Of a stretch of DNA of 64,000 bases, positions 24,401 to 37,635 are shown piece by piece. Within the stretch, counting starts at the first letter, position 1. Each line of letters starts with the position of its first letter. Position numbers and translations under genes: made by a program. The notes under the pieces were generated by a model. The model did no database searches, had not been told where the DNA came from, and was given only the letters and a program-made list of their open reading frames with translations. This stretch comes from Bugula neritina (Eukaryota > Animalia > Bryozoa), in NCBI GenBank assembly GCA_964035545.1, contig OZ037770.1:6148729-6212728 (forward strand). The letters run 5' to 3'.

Positions 24401-25534
24401 TCAGACTTAATTTCAAGCTAGAATATTCACATTTTTAGGTCTGCGTTTGCAAACATTGTTGTGTTACTTTACTTTTATATTTTTTGAAATAAATATTTTT
24501 TTAGCTTGTGCCTATTCATGGTTAGAATAGTATAATAATATTTAACTTTTCTTCAATTTTAATAGATGAAAATGTTGATCAGTTGGAGTATTCAGTTTAG
24601 CTGAATTTTACTTGCTTCTGCCAGAACAATCTTTTGGAGTTGTCTGCCCTTTCTTTAGGTAATATTTTGACCTATGGTAAACGCAATAATTATAACTTTT
24701 TAAAGATGCTTGTGAACCTAACAATATAGCATAACTATCAAACCACATTATTTATTCAATATATGCATAAAATTTAGCCGATAATCTGCCACCCAATGAG
24801 CTCGAAAAGATATTAGAATTCTAGCTCAGTGCTGCCATCAATGTAGATATTTATAATGATATAAAGCCAAAACTCATTATTTATAATGATATAAAGCCAA
24901 AACTCATTTTTTCATGAAATTATCTAACCATTCCTGACAAAAAATAGAGATAATAACTCCAAAGTTGGTCAGTTGAAACCACAGCAATAATACTTTCATC
25001 TTTATAATTGTCCGGTTTAATTTTATACCAAGCCCCAATAAGTACATATCACTATGACAACACAGCCTAAGCACCTCCAATGCAAGAAATTTAGTATTGT
25101 GGTGCTACAAATCCTCCAGTTACAAATGAGTAGAGCTTTCATGATTATTGGTCTACCATAATGTTTATTTAGTTTTAAGGACTAGCATAGATGCTATTAT
25201 ATGTGGGAGGTATTTGAAAAGCTTCCAACTCCATCTTCAACTACGGGCTATTATAATTATGCCGATAAACGAGATACTACACTCAGACTGCCCTGTTATA
25301 GTACTATGATTGGCTACTGCAAAATTTTTGCCGATAGACAACATTTAATTATCATGTAATGTATCTCGTATTGGTACATAAGTGTTATGTCTGAGGACGA
25401 GATACTGTGAAATTATGCCCTGCACAATTAATATGACAGTACCCTCACCTATTGCCTTTATGTCTTGCTTGGGTAGTGGGTGACTGCCAGAGGCCTAGCT
25501 TAAATAAACTTTTCTACATAACTCTATCCTGAGG

Positions 25535-26190
25535 GTCTTCTTCGTTGAGAAAACAGAATTGGTTATTTTTCCTGATTGCGTCCTGCTGACTACGCTATGA
25601 GCATCTCGATTTCTCTTTACTCTAACTCTCATCACATGTACTCTTCTCATGTCATCTCTATTCTTTCTTTTATATATATGTGCAAATACTACCTAATGCT
25701 CTCGCTGGTTTAGTCATCTTTAAGATTGATTCTCGCTTACGCTACGCTAAAACTTTCAGCAAGGTAATCGGTCAATGCAATGGCCAAGGTTTCCGCTCGA
25801 TACAGTAGAACTGGTAATATTACTGTCTTGTGAATAATCATCTTTAGTTTCTTTCGAACATTATTGTCAGCTCTCTTCATTTCTCCTTTATTGTCTCATA
25901 TTACCCCAGTCAGTTTTCTCCATTTATCCTAGGTGTTGCCAATGCGCACCTGTACCTCTACATTTTGTTTCCTGGTGAATTGTATTCTCCAGGTATTTGA
26001 ATGTGGTTTTTGAAAAAAAGTTCAATGTTCAGATCTATTGTATTCCATTATTCTCGTGTCAATGCAGATTTTTCTGGTAATAGGCACACAGTTTTATACC
26101 TGCTAACTTTTAGGCCGGCACCCTCTAATATCATTTTCCAGTCTTCCAATACTTATTCTATGTTTTCTCTACTCTCAACACACAACACTA
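25535..26190 (-). mobile_element. Degraded RTE-clade LINE 3' fragment
   Basis: Manual - strand translation gives LEDWKMILEGAGLKVSRYKTVCL, FKYL, KWRKLTGVI and KTVILPVLLYRAETL, with stops; ends in a short GAAGAAGA tail. Confidence 0.75.
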
Positions 26191-26395
26191 ATTTACATAT
26201 AGTATATATATAATATGATGATTGTGGCTTATATGTACTTGTTTTCTGTAGCTACCATAAGGCTGATTGCTAGATGGTTAAAAGTGTTTCATATGAGCTT
26301 ACTATAGTCACTATCACACAATACTATTTTGCCTAATTATTGTATACCAACTACCTCTAGTTTATGCTGGTAATAGAAATATAATATTTTATTAG

Positions 26396-29300
26396 GATGC
26401 AGAGTCTGCAGGAGCTACAGACACTAGACATAAGTGGAAATAATTTCACCAGTCTACCATCTTCAGTGTGCAGATTGAGTAATCTGCACACACTGAATCT
26501 TTCCCTCAACAAATTCATGACATCCTTGAACCCAGAGATGCTACAGCTAACACGTCTTCACAGACTGCATACAGATGGTTGCAATGCTCTTACATCTCCT
26601 CCACCAGAAGTTCGTTGGAGAGGATTAAATGCTGTGCGACAATACTACACAGATTTGGCTAAGGGCACTGGTAGAAACTTGCCATTTGCTACAATAGCAG
26701 TGTTAGGGAACACCATGGCAGGTAAAACCAGTCTAATCAAAACATTACAGAGCACTGACAGGAAGAGAGTTCTGACTAAGAGAAGTTCGAATGCAGAGTA
26801 TGATGAGACTACAAAGGTGTTTAATGTGGAAGAGGTGGAGGTGGATGGTACAACTCTTCGTCTCATAGATATGGGAGGCCAGGAGGTCTACCATATCACA
26901 TACCATTTGACACTGAGACAGAATTGTGTACCAGTTATTGTAGTCAACATGGAGCAGTATGACCAGATTTCGAAAGCATCTACAGACAGAGAGGCTGTGA
27001 GAAAGTTGGCTTTTGACTTCATGTCTCACCTCTATCTCGCTCATCCATCTCTTGGCCCACCTAAACTTGTCTTCACACACAAAGATAAGTTTCAAAATCA
27101 GAAGTGTCAACAAATAAAGGACAACTTTCTTAGAGTATCTGATGAACTGTGCAAAGAAATTCTTGATGAAGAGAAAAGCTCAGATGGGGAATTTGTGAAA
27201 ATTCAGCATTTCAATTCATGGAATGGAAAAGTTTTTGTCAGTGAAGATATATATCAGATCGGAAAGAAACACGACTATGCTGATTACGATTTGATAAAAA
27301 GCTCCCTTCTAGAGAGCAGTCAGCATTTTGTTAAGCCTTTGCCTTTGATATGGGAAAAAGTGAATGAAAAAGTTTTGTCTTTACCTGGAGCACTTTGCTC
27401 CTTTTGGTTTATTCTGCTTGTGTTAAAAAAAGACGGCTTTGAACTGAAGCCAAGCCAGCTAGATACTATTCTCACATACATGCATGACTGCGGCAAAGTA
27501 TTGTGGTACAAGAATATTGATACACTCAGGCCATACGTATTTCACAAGATCACAGAAGTAACCAAACTGTTGTGTGTTTTGTATCACCATGACCCAAACA
27601 TTTGGCAGAGTCGAGTTGATCAGTTCAAATCATATCATGCCATAGAAGGAGTCAGGATTGAAAAGCAAGACTTTGAAAAATCTGTTAATTGCTTCAAGAC
27701 TAGTGGCATGATGATGCAACCTCTTCTAACATATTTGATTGCGGAAGAAACTTCCTTCAAGAGTTCTGGTGATGTTGAAATTGCTGTTTCATTGCTTAAA
27801 ACATTTCGGTTGCTGTATGGTCCTTTGGAAAATGATGCTAAGGAATCATACTACATTGTCCCACAGTTTGCCAAGGAGCTATATAGTACTTCCTACACAT
27901 CATCGAAAGACCTGTTACTTGTTGCTGAGACACAGTTTAATGGTCTGGCATTACCACAGCATGTCTACCACCAAATGACTGTGGGTTTGCTAGAACTGTT
28001 TCCAGAGGAGTTGGCTGTAAGAAGGGTAAAGAAAAATGGAGTAAATGTTTACCAAGATCAAATATACACACAGCTGATACATGACTGCAAAGCAAGAAGA
28101 GTTTTACTCTATGTGTCATCTGATGCTGCTCACATTTCCAAAATGTGGGAGAAACTCATTTCAGCCAACAACAACATCCTCAGACATGTCATAGAAACTT
28201 GGACTGCTAGTCGACCAGTCACTGCCTGCTTCTGTGCTCACTGTGTCATGCTTGGGGTTTCTTGCCCTGAAAAAATAATTCGTCCTAATTGGTGTTTTCG
28301 CTCCTTAAGCAACCCATCACCAGATGTAAAGAAGTGTAGTGGATCTTCAACAACGCTGTGTAACAACGAGGAAGTGCCCAGTGCTTTAACCTACCCATGT
28401 ATGTTAATTCATAAATATTTTTACTGAAACTTTCTTTTTTTATAGAACATAATGCATTTTCAAATGTTGAAAGTACACAAGGTCAGTTTGAGTTGTTAGT
28501 TTAAGTTACGAACTCCTAATTTGAATTCATCATAACTAGATTAAACACCAAACATTGCGTAATTGTGTTTCTGAATATTTCATCAGTTTAAACTATTCAA
28601 TTAAAACTTTTTTTCTTCTAATATATACGTAATATCCTTTAGTTGTGTCGATATTAGGATTTGGTAGTAAAACCTATCTCGTTATAGTTATAGTCAAAGT
28701 TATGAGGTAATTCATCTAATCAGTTTTATTCAGGTGAGGCGTTGTCAAAAACAGAAATTGGTATGTTGGAGACGCTGTTGGCAAAGCTCAAACTACGAAG
28801 AATAGAGCAGAAGGACTTAACTGGTAAACTTCTACAGTATAGTTAATTTTTAGCTTCTTTTTTCTGGATAGAGTTATGTTTGAGAGAAAAAAACAACTTG
28901 CAGAAGCCGTTGACTAATTTCAAACAGCTGTATAAACAGTTTAGAAATTCTGATAATGTAAATTTCTTTGACTCGTTTAGCAAAGCTATTTCCGGCAAAA
29001 TCTAATGTTTATTTGTTTGAAGTGAACAAATATCCTATGTTTATCAAATACTGACAAAAAAATCTTGTTGCTGTAGACGATGATGATCTAAGTGATCTCT
29101 CTGATGATGATGAAGTTTTACAGACTTGTGAAGAGAAGGACAAGGATATAAAGTTGATAGAGCTCAACTTAAAGCCAACCAGCAATCCAAGGATTAAACT
29201 CCTCTTTTCAAATACTGTCAAGGTTATTACATTGTTTATCGGCTGTTCTTAGCCATTTTGGTTTGGACAATCAATACACTATAGTGGTATAATTATTCCT

Positions 29301-31457
29301 TTATTCCCACAGCTTGATAATAAGAATACCTGAATGTAGAATACGTGCTTTCTTTACAAAGTATAAGCTTTATTGTAATATAATTTGATAATTTTGTGCT
29401 TTGGCGAAATTGGCTCATAACATTTATTTAGTGAAATTTCATGTCACCACTGTACATGGTATTCTAAACATTCTTGCCTCCAGGTGTTCAGTATGACCAG
29501 AAACAGAGGAAAAGCTCTGATCATAAACAACAAGAATTTTGTTGAAAGACCAGACTTATGCAGGGAAGGTTCAGATGCTGATGTTGAAAACATGTCTGTC
29601 ATGTTGAAATCTCTCAAGTTTGATGTTGAGACACACACAGACCTGACAGCAGAGGTATAATATTTTAGAATGACAGCAATAGTAGTGAACTATATACACG
29701 GTAGCATGCTATTTCTTTAGAGAAGTAAAAATGCTTTTTGTGTGAAACTGTATTCAAACTTTTATCGTCAAGCTTATTCTTCAGTATTTGCTTAACTTAC
29801 ACACTGTTCTAATATTACTTAAGGTTTGCTAAAATGGGTGCACATTTTGGCATACTTGCTTGTGAGTCAATATTTATAGTTATCAATAGTCATACTAATA
29901 GAAGTGAATGCTCTCATTTACCTGTATGGTTATTATTACTTACACAGCTCAACTTGGCTAACGTATTAGCTTTTCAACTGAAAATACCTATTACTATTGA
30001 AACAAGACTTAGCAACCTCCTAATATTGTCAAGTTGCAGTTATGCTATAAATGGCTGATGGGCCAGGATTATATAAAAAAATGCAGCACTTTTTAGAGAT
30101 ATAATAAAATTTTATAAAATTAATGTAGGAAATGCTGTCTGCTGTGAAGTCCGAGATAAAAAATGAAAGAAACAACGGCTTGGGCTGTCACATGCTGGTA
30201 GTCATGAGTCACGGTGAAGAAGATAACTGCATCTATGGAACTGACCTTGAGAAGGTCAATCTTACAGACTTGTATGATTTACTCGCTCCTCTAAGTCTAA
30301 AGCGTAAACCTACAGTTGTCATCCTAGAAGCTTGCAGTGGAGGTAATTACAGCGTTTTATAGAAAATTTTCATTTTTAGTTGAGTTGTGGAAGTAATACA
30401 AAGATCCTTGAAAATCGCTCTCTGTATTGATTGAATTCCTTTTTTACTCAAGATGCAAGCTTAAAAATTTTTGTTGCAGCAAACATTGAGGTGAATCCAG
30501 AGGGATCTGGTCTTGCAGCAGCTCAAGAAGAAGAAACTGAAGCTGTCTCTTCTACACATTCTGAAGCTGATGATGATATTGTATATCCTGAAACACCCAT
30601 TGTAATAAGACCCATCAGACCTGTCTTACCACCAGAATATAGAGTAGAAGAGCGGTGGACCAGACTGGATGTTGATAATCTTCTTGTTCTAAAGAGTAAC
30701 GTCTGCAGTACGTATACTAAATAGTGATTGGCTAGTTTTACATGTGCACAGTTGCAGTTATTTAGAAAATTGTCTCTCCTTAATTCAATCTTGTAAACTT
30801 GTCTTTAAAAAGTATATCAAACAAACACTGTTAAAAATACTGAGCTTGCTTTCATTACACCATAATTTTGGCTGCATTTAATTTTATTATAGCATCAAAG
30901 AGACATCCTGAATATGGATCTCTTATGATTAGAGCTCTTGTATCTTCAATCTACAAACATGCCTGTCACCGTGATCTCTACACCATTTTCATGCAGGTAA
31001 GTTTAGAATGATAATTTTGCTGATTTCTGGTTTCATACAAAAATATTTCTTTTATTTCAGCTGTTTATTATTCATATTTTTTGATTGACATTTTTCTATC
31101 AGCCTGTTGTGAAGGTTTACAGACTGTCTTAGTCTCACTGCAATGATATATCTTATATTTTTGACTGTAGCAGACAGTTCTCAAGATTTCACTGCTTAGA
31201 TTTGATACAAATAAGACGGTATATTCCAGCAGCTTAGAGTTGTAAATATTTATCTCATCTGGAAGTATATTCGTACACAATCTTACTAGTCATTACTTAC
31301 TCTACAGGTACAGACTAAAGTAGTGAAGAAGCTCTATGCAGATGAAGATTCAGAGAGAAGCAGAAATTTGGTTGTAATCTGGAAGACTCTTCCTTACCGT
31401 AAAAGACTTTACCTGTTTCCTGGCTTGGATGGGTTGGATGAAGAAGAAAAACCCTAA
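26396..31457 (+). CDS. LRR-ROC-COR-caspase fusion (ROCO-family GTPase with C-terminal peptidase C14 domain), at least 1034 aa
   Basis: Exons 26396-28398, 28734-28823, 29077-29222, 29484-29654, 30129-30342, 30480-30707, 30893-30996, 31308-31457, all GT-AG and phase-compatible, no internal stop. LRRs (LQTLDISGNNFTSLPSSV), LTSPPPEV cap, G1 GNTMAGKTS, G3 DMGGQEVY, G4 THKD, COR (PLIWEKV; YMHDCGKVLWY). Caspase motifs RGKALIINNKNF, REGSDAD, VMSHG, KPTVVILEACSG, SKRHPEYGSLMIRAL, KRLYLFPG. Confidence 0.9.
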
Positions 31458-32023
31458 GTCAGTAGAGAGGATCATTCCTAAGAATTATCATATGATGTAA
31501 CTCGTAGCATTTACCCGCTTTGGGTATCCAGCATGATCTGTTGAATTGAACAAACAATTAGTTTAAGTTAATGAATTAGGAAGAGTTATTCTATTAGTTT
31601 AATTGACAAGAGATTTCCACTCTTATACATACTTATGTATAATTATATGTTTTTGGTAATCTGACAGTTGCTAAGACTGTCTATCTGGTGGATTCTTTAT
31701 CTACTATTTATATATCTTATAGTGTTGTGGACTAGTATATCATACTGATTTGTATATTGGCTGATTTGTTGTTGAGTGTGCTTTAATTACTTTGTACTGG
31801 ATATTTTTTCGCTGCTTTTTTATGCCCCATAAAGCTTTGACAATGTTTATCTTTGCACTTGCTTTAATCAATTAAAAATTTATACTTAATAATATTTACA
31901 TGCATTAATATCACATATTTTGCTGTTTTTTTATTCAAGTGTTATTTCATATTTCTTTGATAAATTTTATTTGAACTACACATTTTTGAGAGTCAATTTT
32001 TGTATGGGTTGTAGTAGTTTTAC

Positions 32024-32560
32024 TCATAGGAAATCAATCTGGTAGTAAATGTGACATGACGATGGGGGGGTTGGGACAAAAGTGGATTCTGTCGAGAACA
32101 TCGGGGATTTCCGGCGAGCAAATGTCAGTATGGTCTGGGACCCAGGCGTCAGAGCAGCTAGTGTTAAAGCCTTCTTGACTACCGGCTTGATGACGACTAG
32201 GTACTCCTGGAAGGTATCCTTATCCAAGACGTGGTTTTCTCCGGCAAAACAGTTCATTTTTTGTACAATCACGGGGTAAGGATATACATCATGATACCCG
32301 CAGGGGCAGAAGTTTAGCAAGAAGTGGGCGTTCACATGCGTAGCCTTAGTAAACGGTGTGACGGACGTTCCTCCTAGCAGACTTGGCATATCTGGCGGCG
32401 TCCCCTAGGTCCCCAGGCTTCTTCTATTTTTTCTCCATTGCCTGTGACACCCACTGATGGCGCCGGCGGAGTATCACGGGTAGTCCTCGTTTCATTTCTG
32501 GTTCCTCCTCCATGGGTAGAGGAGCCAACTGGTAATGTGACCGGGTGGCGGCCATTCGAG
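32024..32560 (-). mobile_element. Decayed Gypsy ORF3 (zinc-finger) remnant
   Basis: HVNAHFLLNFCPCGYHDVYPYPV...CFAGENHVLD...LVVIKPVVKKA closely matches ORF3 of element B; frameshifted upstream. Confidence 0.8.
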
Positions 32561-32958
32561 TGTGCCTTGAAAGACTTCAGCAGTATTAATGATTCTACAC
32601 TGAAGTACCACCATCATGTAACAGCCTGACAGGTTCTCTGTTCAGTTAGGCACTCGTAAGATTTGAACTAATGAATAGTTGGTTGAGAACACACACTGCA
32701 ATGGCAGATCGCTAGGACCTCTAAGTCAATCTATGTTTTCACCACTATATTTCATCACACAGGATGGTTAAGGGCAACCTTTTAGCTGCAACTGCCTTGC
32801 TGAGGTTTGCATTGTAATCATATAAGAATTCAGTACCAGTGAAATAAAATCTCACCTAATTGTGCTAGAGTCAAAATTAAAAAACTATGCTGTAGATCTT
32901 CTTTTTCTCCAGGGTAAGTTTTTGGAAATTTCAATTTTCATTTTTTTTGCAAAGTTAT

Positions 32959-35900
32959 TGTAGTATAATGTTGTTTACAATTGCTGAGTTATTTATATAC
33001 TTAACAGTAATATGCTATTAATACATATGATGTCGTAGATTTGTGATTCATTCCTATGTTATATATATATACCTTACACTTATGATCAGCAGCAGTTCTT
33101 TCTATGCTGTCAAGCTGCATACTTTATACCTTACAATAATAAACGTCACGATACATTATTCCAATGGTCTCATCTTAATTATTACCCACGCAAACGTACA
33201 ACAAACAAGAAACATTACATGGTGTCAGAAGTGTGTGACCTGAAAGAAGAATAATGGCTACCAGAGCACCGTCATCATTTGACTTCACTAACCCAAGTGG
33301 ATGGGGTGAGTGGATACGAAGATATAGCAGATATCACAATGTAACAAAAATGTCAAAAGAAGCTGACGACTTACAAATAGACAGTCTATTATATACGATG
33401 GGAGAAGCAGCCGAGGACATTTTTATACAGCTACCACTCACAAATGATGACAGAAAGAAATATGATAAGGTAAAGGAAGCATTTGACACATATTTCAAAC
33501 CTAGGACAAACAAGGCACATCACATTGTGCAGTTCAATGGAAGAACTCAGGAACCTAATGAAAACAATGAGGAGTATATCAGGGCACTATACTCTTTAGC
33601 ACAACATTGCGAATTTGGCAATGCGGTAAATGATAACATTAAATATAGATTGCTGACAGGGATGAAAGACAAGGCTCTGTCAATTGAGCTACAGCAACTG
33701 ACAGAAGATCAGTTAACGCTAGAAAACGTAACACAACGCATGAGAGCCAAGGAGATAATACAGAGAAACCTTGCGAGTGCTGCACCAGAGCAACCAGCAG
33801 ATGTAGATGCAATAAGGAAAAGAGATTACTCAAACAATTTTCAGCCAAAAAAACATACAATGGATATTATTAACAACTGCCATAGCTGCGGATCTAGTCA
33901 CAGAAGGAGACACTGCCCAGCGTATGGAAAATCCTGTAACAAATGTGGTAAATCTAATCACTTTGCTAAGGTATGTAGATCTAAGGCTATAACGAAATCT
34001 ACAACTAATGCTGTACAAGTACCAGATGCTACTACAGATGTCAATGAGGAACCATGCATGTTTAATGTAAGATTATGTAGCAATGTTAAGCTTAATGAAT
34101 GCAATTCTTCAGTTTGGTTTGAAAATTTTGTTTTTGGTAAAACTAAGGTCGCCATGAAAGTTGATACAGGTGCACAAGTTAATGTTTTGACAAGAGATAT
34201 TTTTGAAAATCTTGATGTAAGTAGGGAACTTAGAAAAGCTGGTACAAAGCTCACAGGCTACACTGGTCATGTTATTCCAGTGGATGGAGTCGTAGAACTG
34301 CCATTCAGTTTTAGGGGTAAAACCTACAAATCTGAGTTCTATGTAACCACTGCTAAAAACACACCTCTTTTGGGCTTGCCCACCGTCAAGGAGCTTGGTC
34401 TAATAGGAATAGATCAGGTAGAGCAAGTAGATACTGATAGCAGTAAGTTGATAGTTGAAGAATTCAAGGATGTTTTTGAGGGGTTTGGAAAATTAGACAT
34501 AGAACACCACATTACACTAAGACCTGAGTATGTAATGTTAGACCTGTTCCCATAAATGTAAAACCAAAGCTAAAAGCAGAGCTTGATAGGCTTGAGAAAT
34601 TAGAAATTATTCAAAAATGCAATGAGCCTTCAGATTGGGTTTCACCCATTGTAGTAGCGGAAAAGCCTAACAACCAAATAAGGCTTTGCTTAGATCCTAG
34701 GCTGTTGAACAAAGAGATCATGAGAGAGCACTATAAGTTGCCTACAACTACAGAGATATACAGCAGGATAGGCCAGTCAAAATTCTTTAGTACTCTAGAT
34801 GCTACAAATGGTTTTCACCAGATACCACTTGATGTAGAAAGTTGTAAATTGACAACATTTATTACACCCTATGGGCGTTACAACTACAAACGACTGCCGT
34901 TCGGGTTAAATTCAAGTGCTGAGGTTTTTCATAAAACAATGTGTCAAAAACTAGGTGATATAGAGGGAATTGAAATCTATATTGATGATTTGCTAATCCA
35001 TGCACCTACTAAAGAGATTCATGACCGGAGGCTTAGGGAAGTTTTGTTGAGATGCCGTGAGATAAATCTGAAATTAAACCCTGAGAAGTGTGCTATAGGT
35101 AGACAAGTAGTTAACTTTCTAGGCCATGAAATTTCAGGTGATGGAATTTTGCCAAAAAGAAATAGGGCTAAAGCAATTCAGGAAATGCTGACTCCCACAT
35201 GCAAAAATGATGTTCAACGATTTCTTGGGTTTGTTAATTATATGGGAAAATTCTGCCCTGATTTGGCAAATGAAACACAACCATTGCGACAGCTGTTGAA
35301 AAAGAATACAACTTTTATTTGGGAAAAGGCACACAATAATGCATTTGTTAAAATTAAGCAACTTGTCTCAAATGCACCACTTTTGAAGCATTTTAATTCT
35401 GATGAAGAAATAACACTGCAAGTGGATGCTAGTTCATTTAGCTTGGGGGCAGTTTTAATGCAAAAAGGCCAACCAGTGGAATTTGCAGCCAAGTCATTAA
35501 CTGACACTCAGAAGCGCTATGCACAGATAGAAAAGGAATTGTTAGCAGTGTTGTTTGGCTGTAGGAAGTTTCATTATTATGTCTATGGAGGTAGCAATTT
35601 TTTTGTGCAAACTGACCACAAGCCTTTACTAGGCGTAGTAGAGAAAAACATAGAGGACACAAATCCTAGAATTAGGAGAATGCTGCTTGAGTTAATGTCC
35701 TACGATTTCAAATTAGTGTACAAGAAAGGTAATGAAATGTACATAGCTGATATGCTGAGTAGAGCATCATACCCTGACATAGATACATCTGTAAATGTTG
35801 CTGAATTTGATCCTATGAACAAGTTGCCTGAAATGATGTTTTGTTCTGACCAAGCTAAAGCAGAATACAAACAAGCAGTTTTGAGCGACAGAGAGCTACA

Positions 35901-37635
35901 GGCACTCAAACTATTGGTAATTAATGGATGGCCGCCATATAGGAAATCGTGCAGCTTTGTTGGAAGAAAATATTGGCCATGGCGTAATGAAATTGGAATT
36001 TGTGATGAATTTCTATTTGTTGGTTCAAAGCTGATAGTACCAATGTCAAAACAAACAGAAATTTTGCAAAAATTACATAAGTCACATCAAGGCATTGTGA
36101 AAACAAAGGCATTGGCAAAAACAGTGGTGTTTTGGCCTGGAATAAACAATCAAATTGAGGAAATGATTCAGTCATGCGTGCAATGTATAGGGAAAACATT
36201 GAGCAGCAATGTAGGCAGCCAATGATGGCTAGTGAGATACCTAAATATCCTTTTCATACAGTAGCAGCTGACTTGTTTTCTTTGGACGGAAATGATTTCA
36301 TGTTAATTGTTGATTATTTTAGCAAGTGGTTAATTATTGAGCCATTAAAGACGACAACAAGCTCATCAGTGATTCAGTGTTTTGAGAAAACATTTGCTGA
36401 TTTTGGGGTTGCATGTGTACTTAGAAGTGATAATGGGCCCCAGTTTACTAGTCAACAATTCAAAATAATTTTGAATGAACAAGGCATTGAGCATTTGACA
36501 TCTTCACCAGGGTATCCACAAAGTAATGGGTGTGCAGAAAGGTACGTTAGGACTGCAAAAGCTTTACTAAAAAAATGCAAAGCTGAAGGCAAAACATTTT
36601 ATGGTGGTTTGAGAAATTTGAGAAACACTCCAATAAGTGATAAAATACCATCGCCAGCTGTACTACTACAAGGTAGAGTGCTGCCAGACACTCTTCCTAG
36701 AGATTTGAAAACGCTTTTTCCAAATAGCTATGACAAACAGATAATTCAAAATGAATTTGAGATTGTCAAATCTACGCAGAAATTAAATTATGACAGACAT
36801 GCTAAACCTGAACTTTCAGTTTTAAAACCTGGTCAGAGAGTTCGTGCAAAAATTAATGATAAGTGGATTTTGGGAAAAATTCAGAAACAAGACCTGACTG
36901 GTCCAAGGTCATACTGGGTAGTAACCGACGAGAATAAATTGTACTGTAGAACTAGAGCGGATATAACTTTAACAAATGAGCCTCAACAAATACCTACTCC
37001 TGTATTGCCCCCTATGCACAGATCTATCCCTGCCATACCTGGCCCTCCTATAGATCAAGCTGATGATTCAAACAGTTCACAATCTGAAAATAGTTCGAAT
37101 GTAAATCCTCCAGGTGCATATAGAACTCAGAGAGGAAGGTTAGTTAGAAAACCAGAGAGATTAGGTTATGACATGTAGAATTAACAATAACATGCCATGG
37201 GTAGTAGTTGAGGTTTGCACCAGCACCTAGCAATTAATAGCATGCAGAGTTTGTATTCATTTATTATGTCATTATAATCATTAGTGAGAATTAGTTTAGT
37301 TGCATGCCAACTTTTCATCATGCTTATACTGTTGTTTTAGGCTTTTCTATTATAAAACATTTAGAAAGGGGAGATGTAGTATAATGTTGTTTACAATTGC
37401 TGAGTTATTTGTATACTTAACAGTAATATGCTATTAATACATATGATGTCGTAGATTTGTGATTCATTCCTATGTTATATATATATACCTTACACTTATG
37501 ATCAGCAGCAGTTCTTTCTATGCTGTCAAGCTGCATACTTTATACCTTACAATAATAAACGTCACGATACATTATTCCAATGGTCTCATCTTAATTATTA
37601 CCCACGCAAACGTACAACAAACAAGAAACATTACA
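32959..37635 (+). mobile_element. Full-length Ty3/Gypsy element D (Mag-like), recent insertion
   Basis: 261-bp LTRs at 32959-33219 and 37375-37635 with 1 difference seen; 5-bp TSD GTTAT; PBS TGGTGTCAGAAGT 33220-33232 (tRNA-Leu CAA type); PPT AGAAAGGGGAGA 37363-37374. Confidence 0.97.
33254..37178 (+). CDS. Gypsy D gag-pol, broken into three ORFs (33254-34555, 34705-36225, 36174-37178)
   Basis: Twin knuckle CHSCGSSH...CPAYGKSCNKCGKSNHFAKVC, protease VDTGA, RT YIDD, RNase H VDASS, integrase HHCC and SDNGPQF. Frameshifts near 34530 and 36190. Confidence 0.92.

Noticed and set aside
26397-28427. Stand-alone 676-aa MFHAS1-like ORF ending at 28427
   Set aside because: A donor at 28399 and seven downstream phase-compatible exons extend it into a caspase; the last few codons look like intron read-through. 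No gene symbol assigned.
33043-33243. Duplicated small ORF (also 37459-37704)
   Set aside because: Lies within the two LTRs of Gypsy D; no coding hallmarks.
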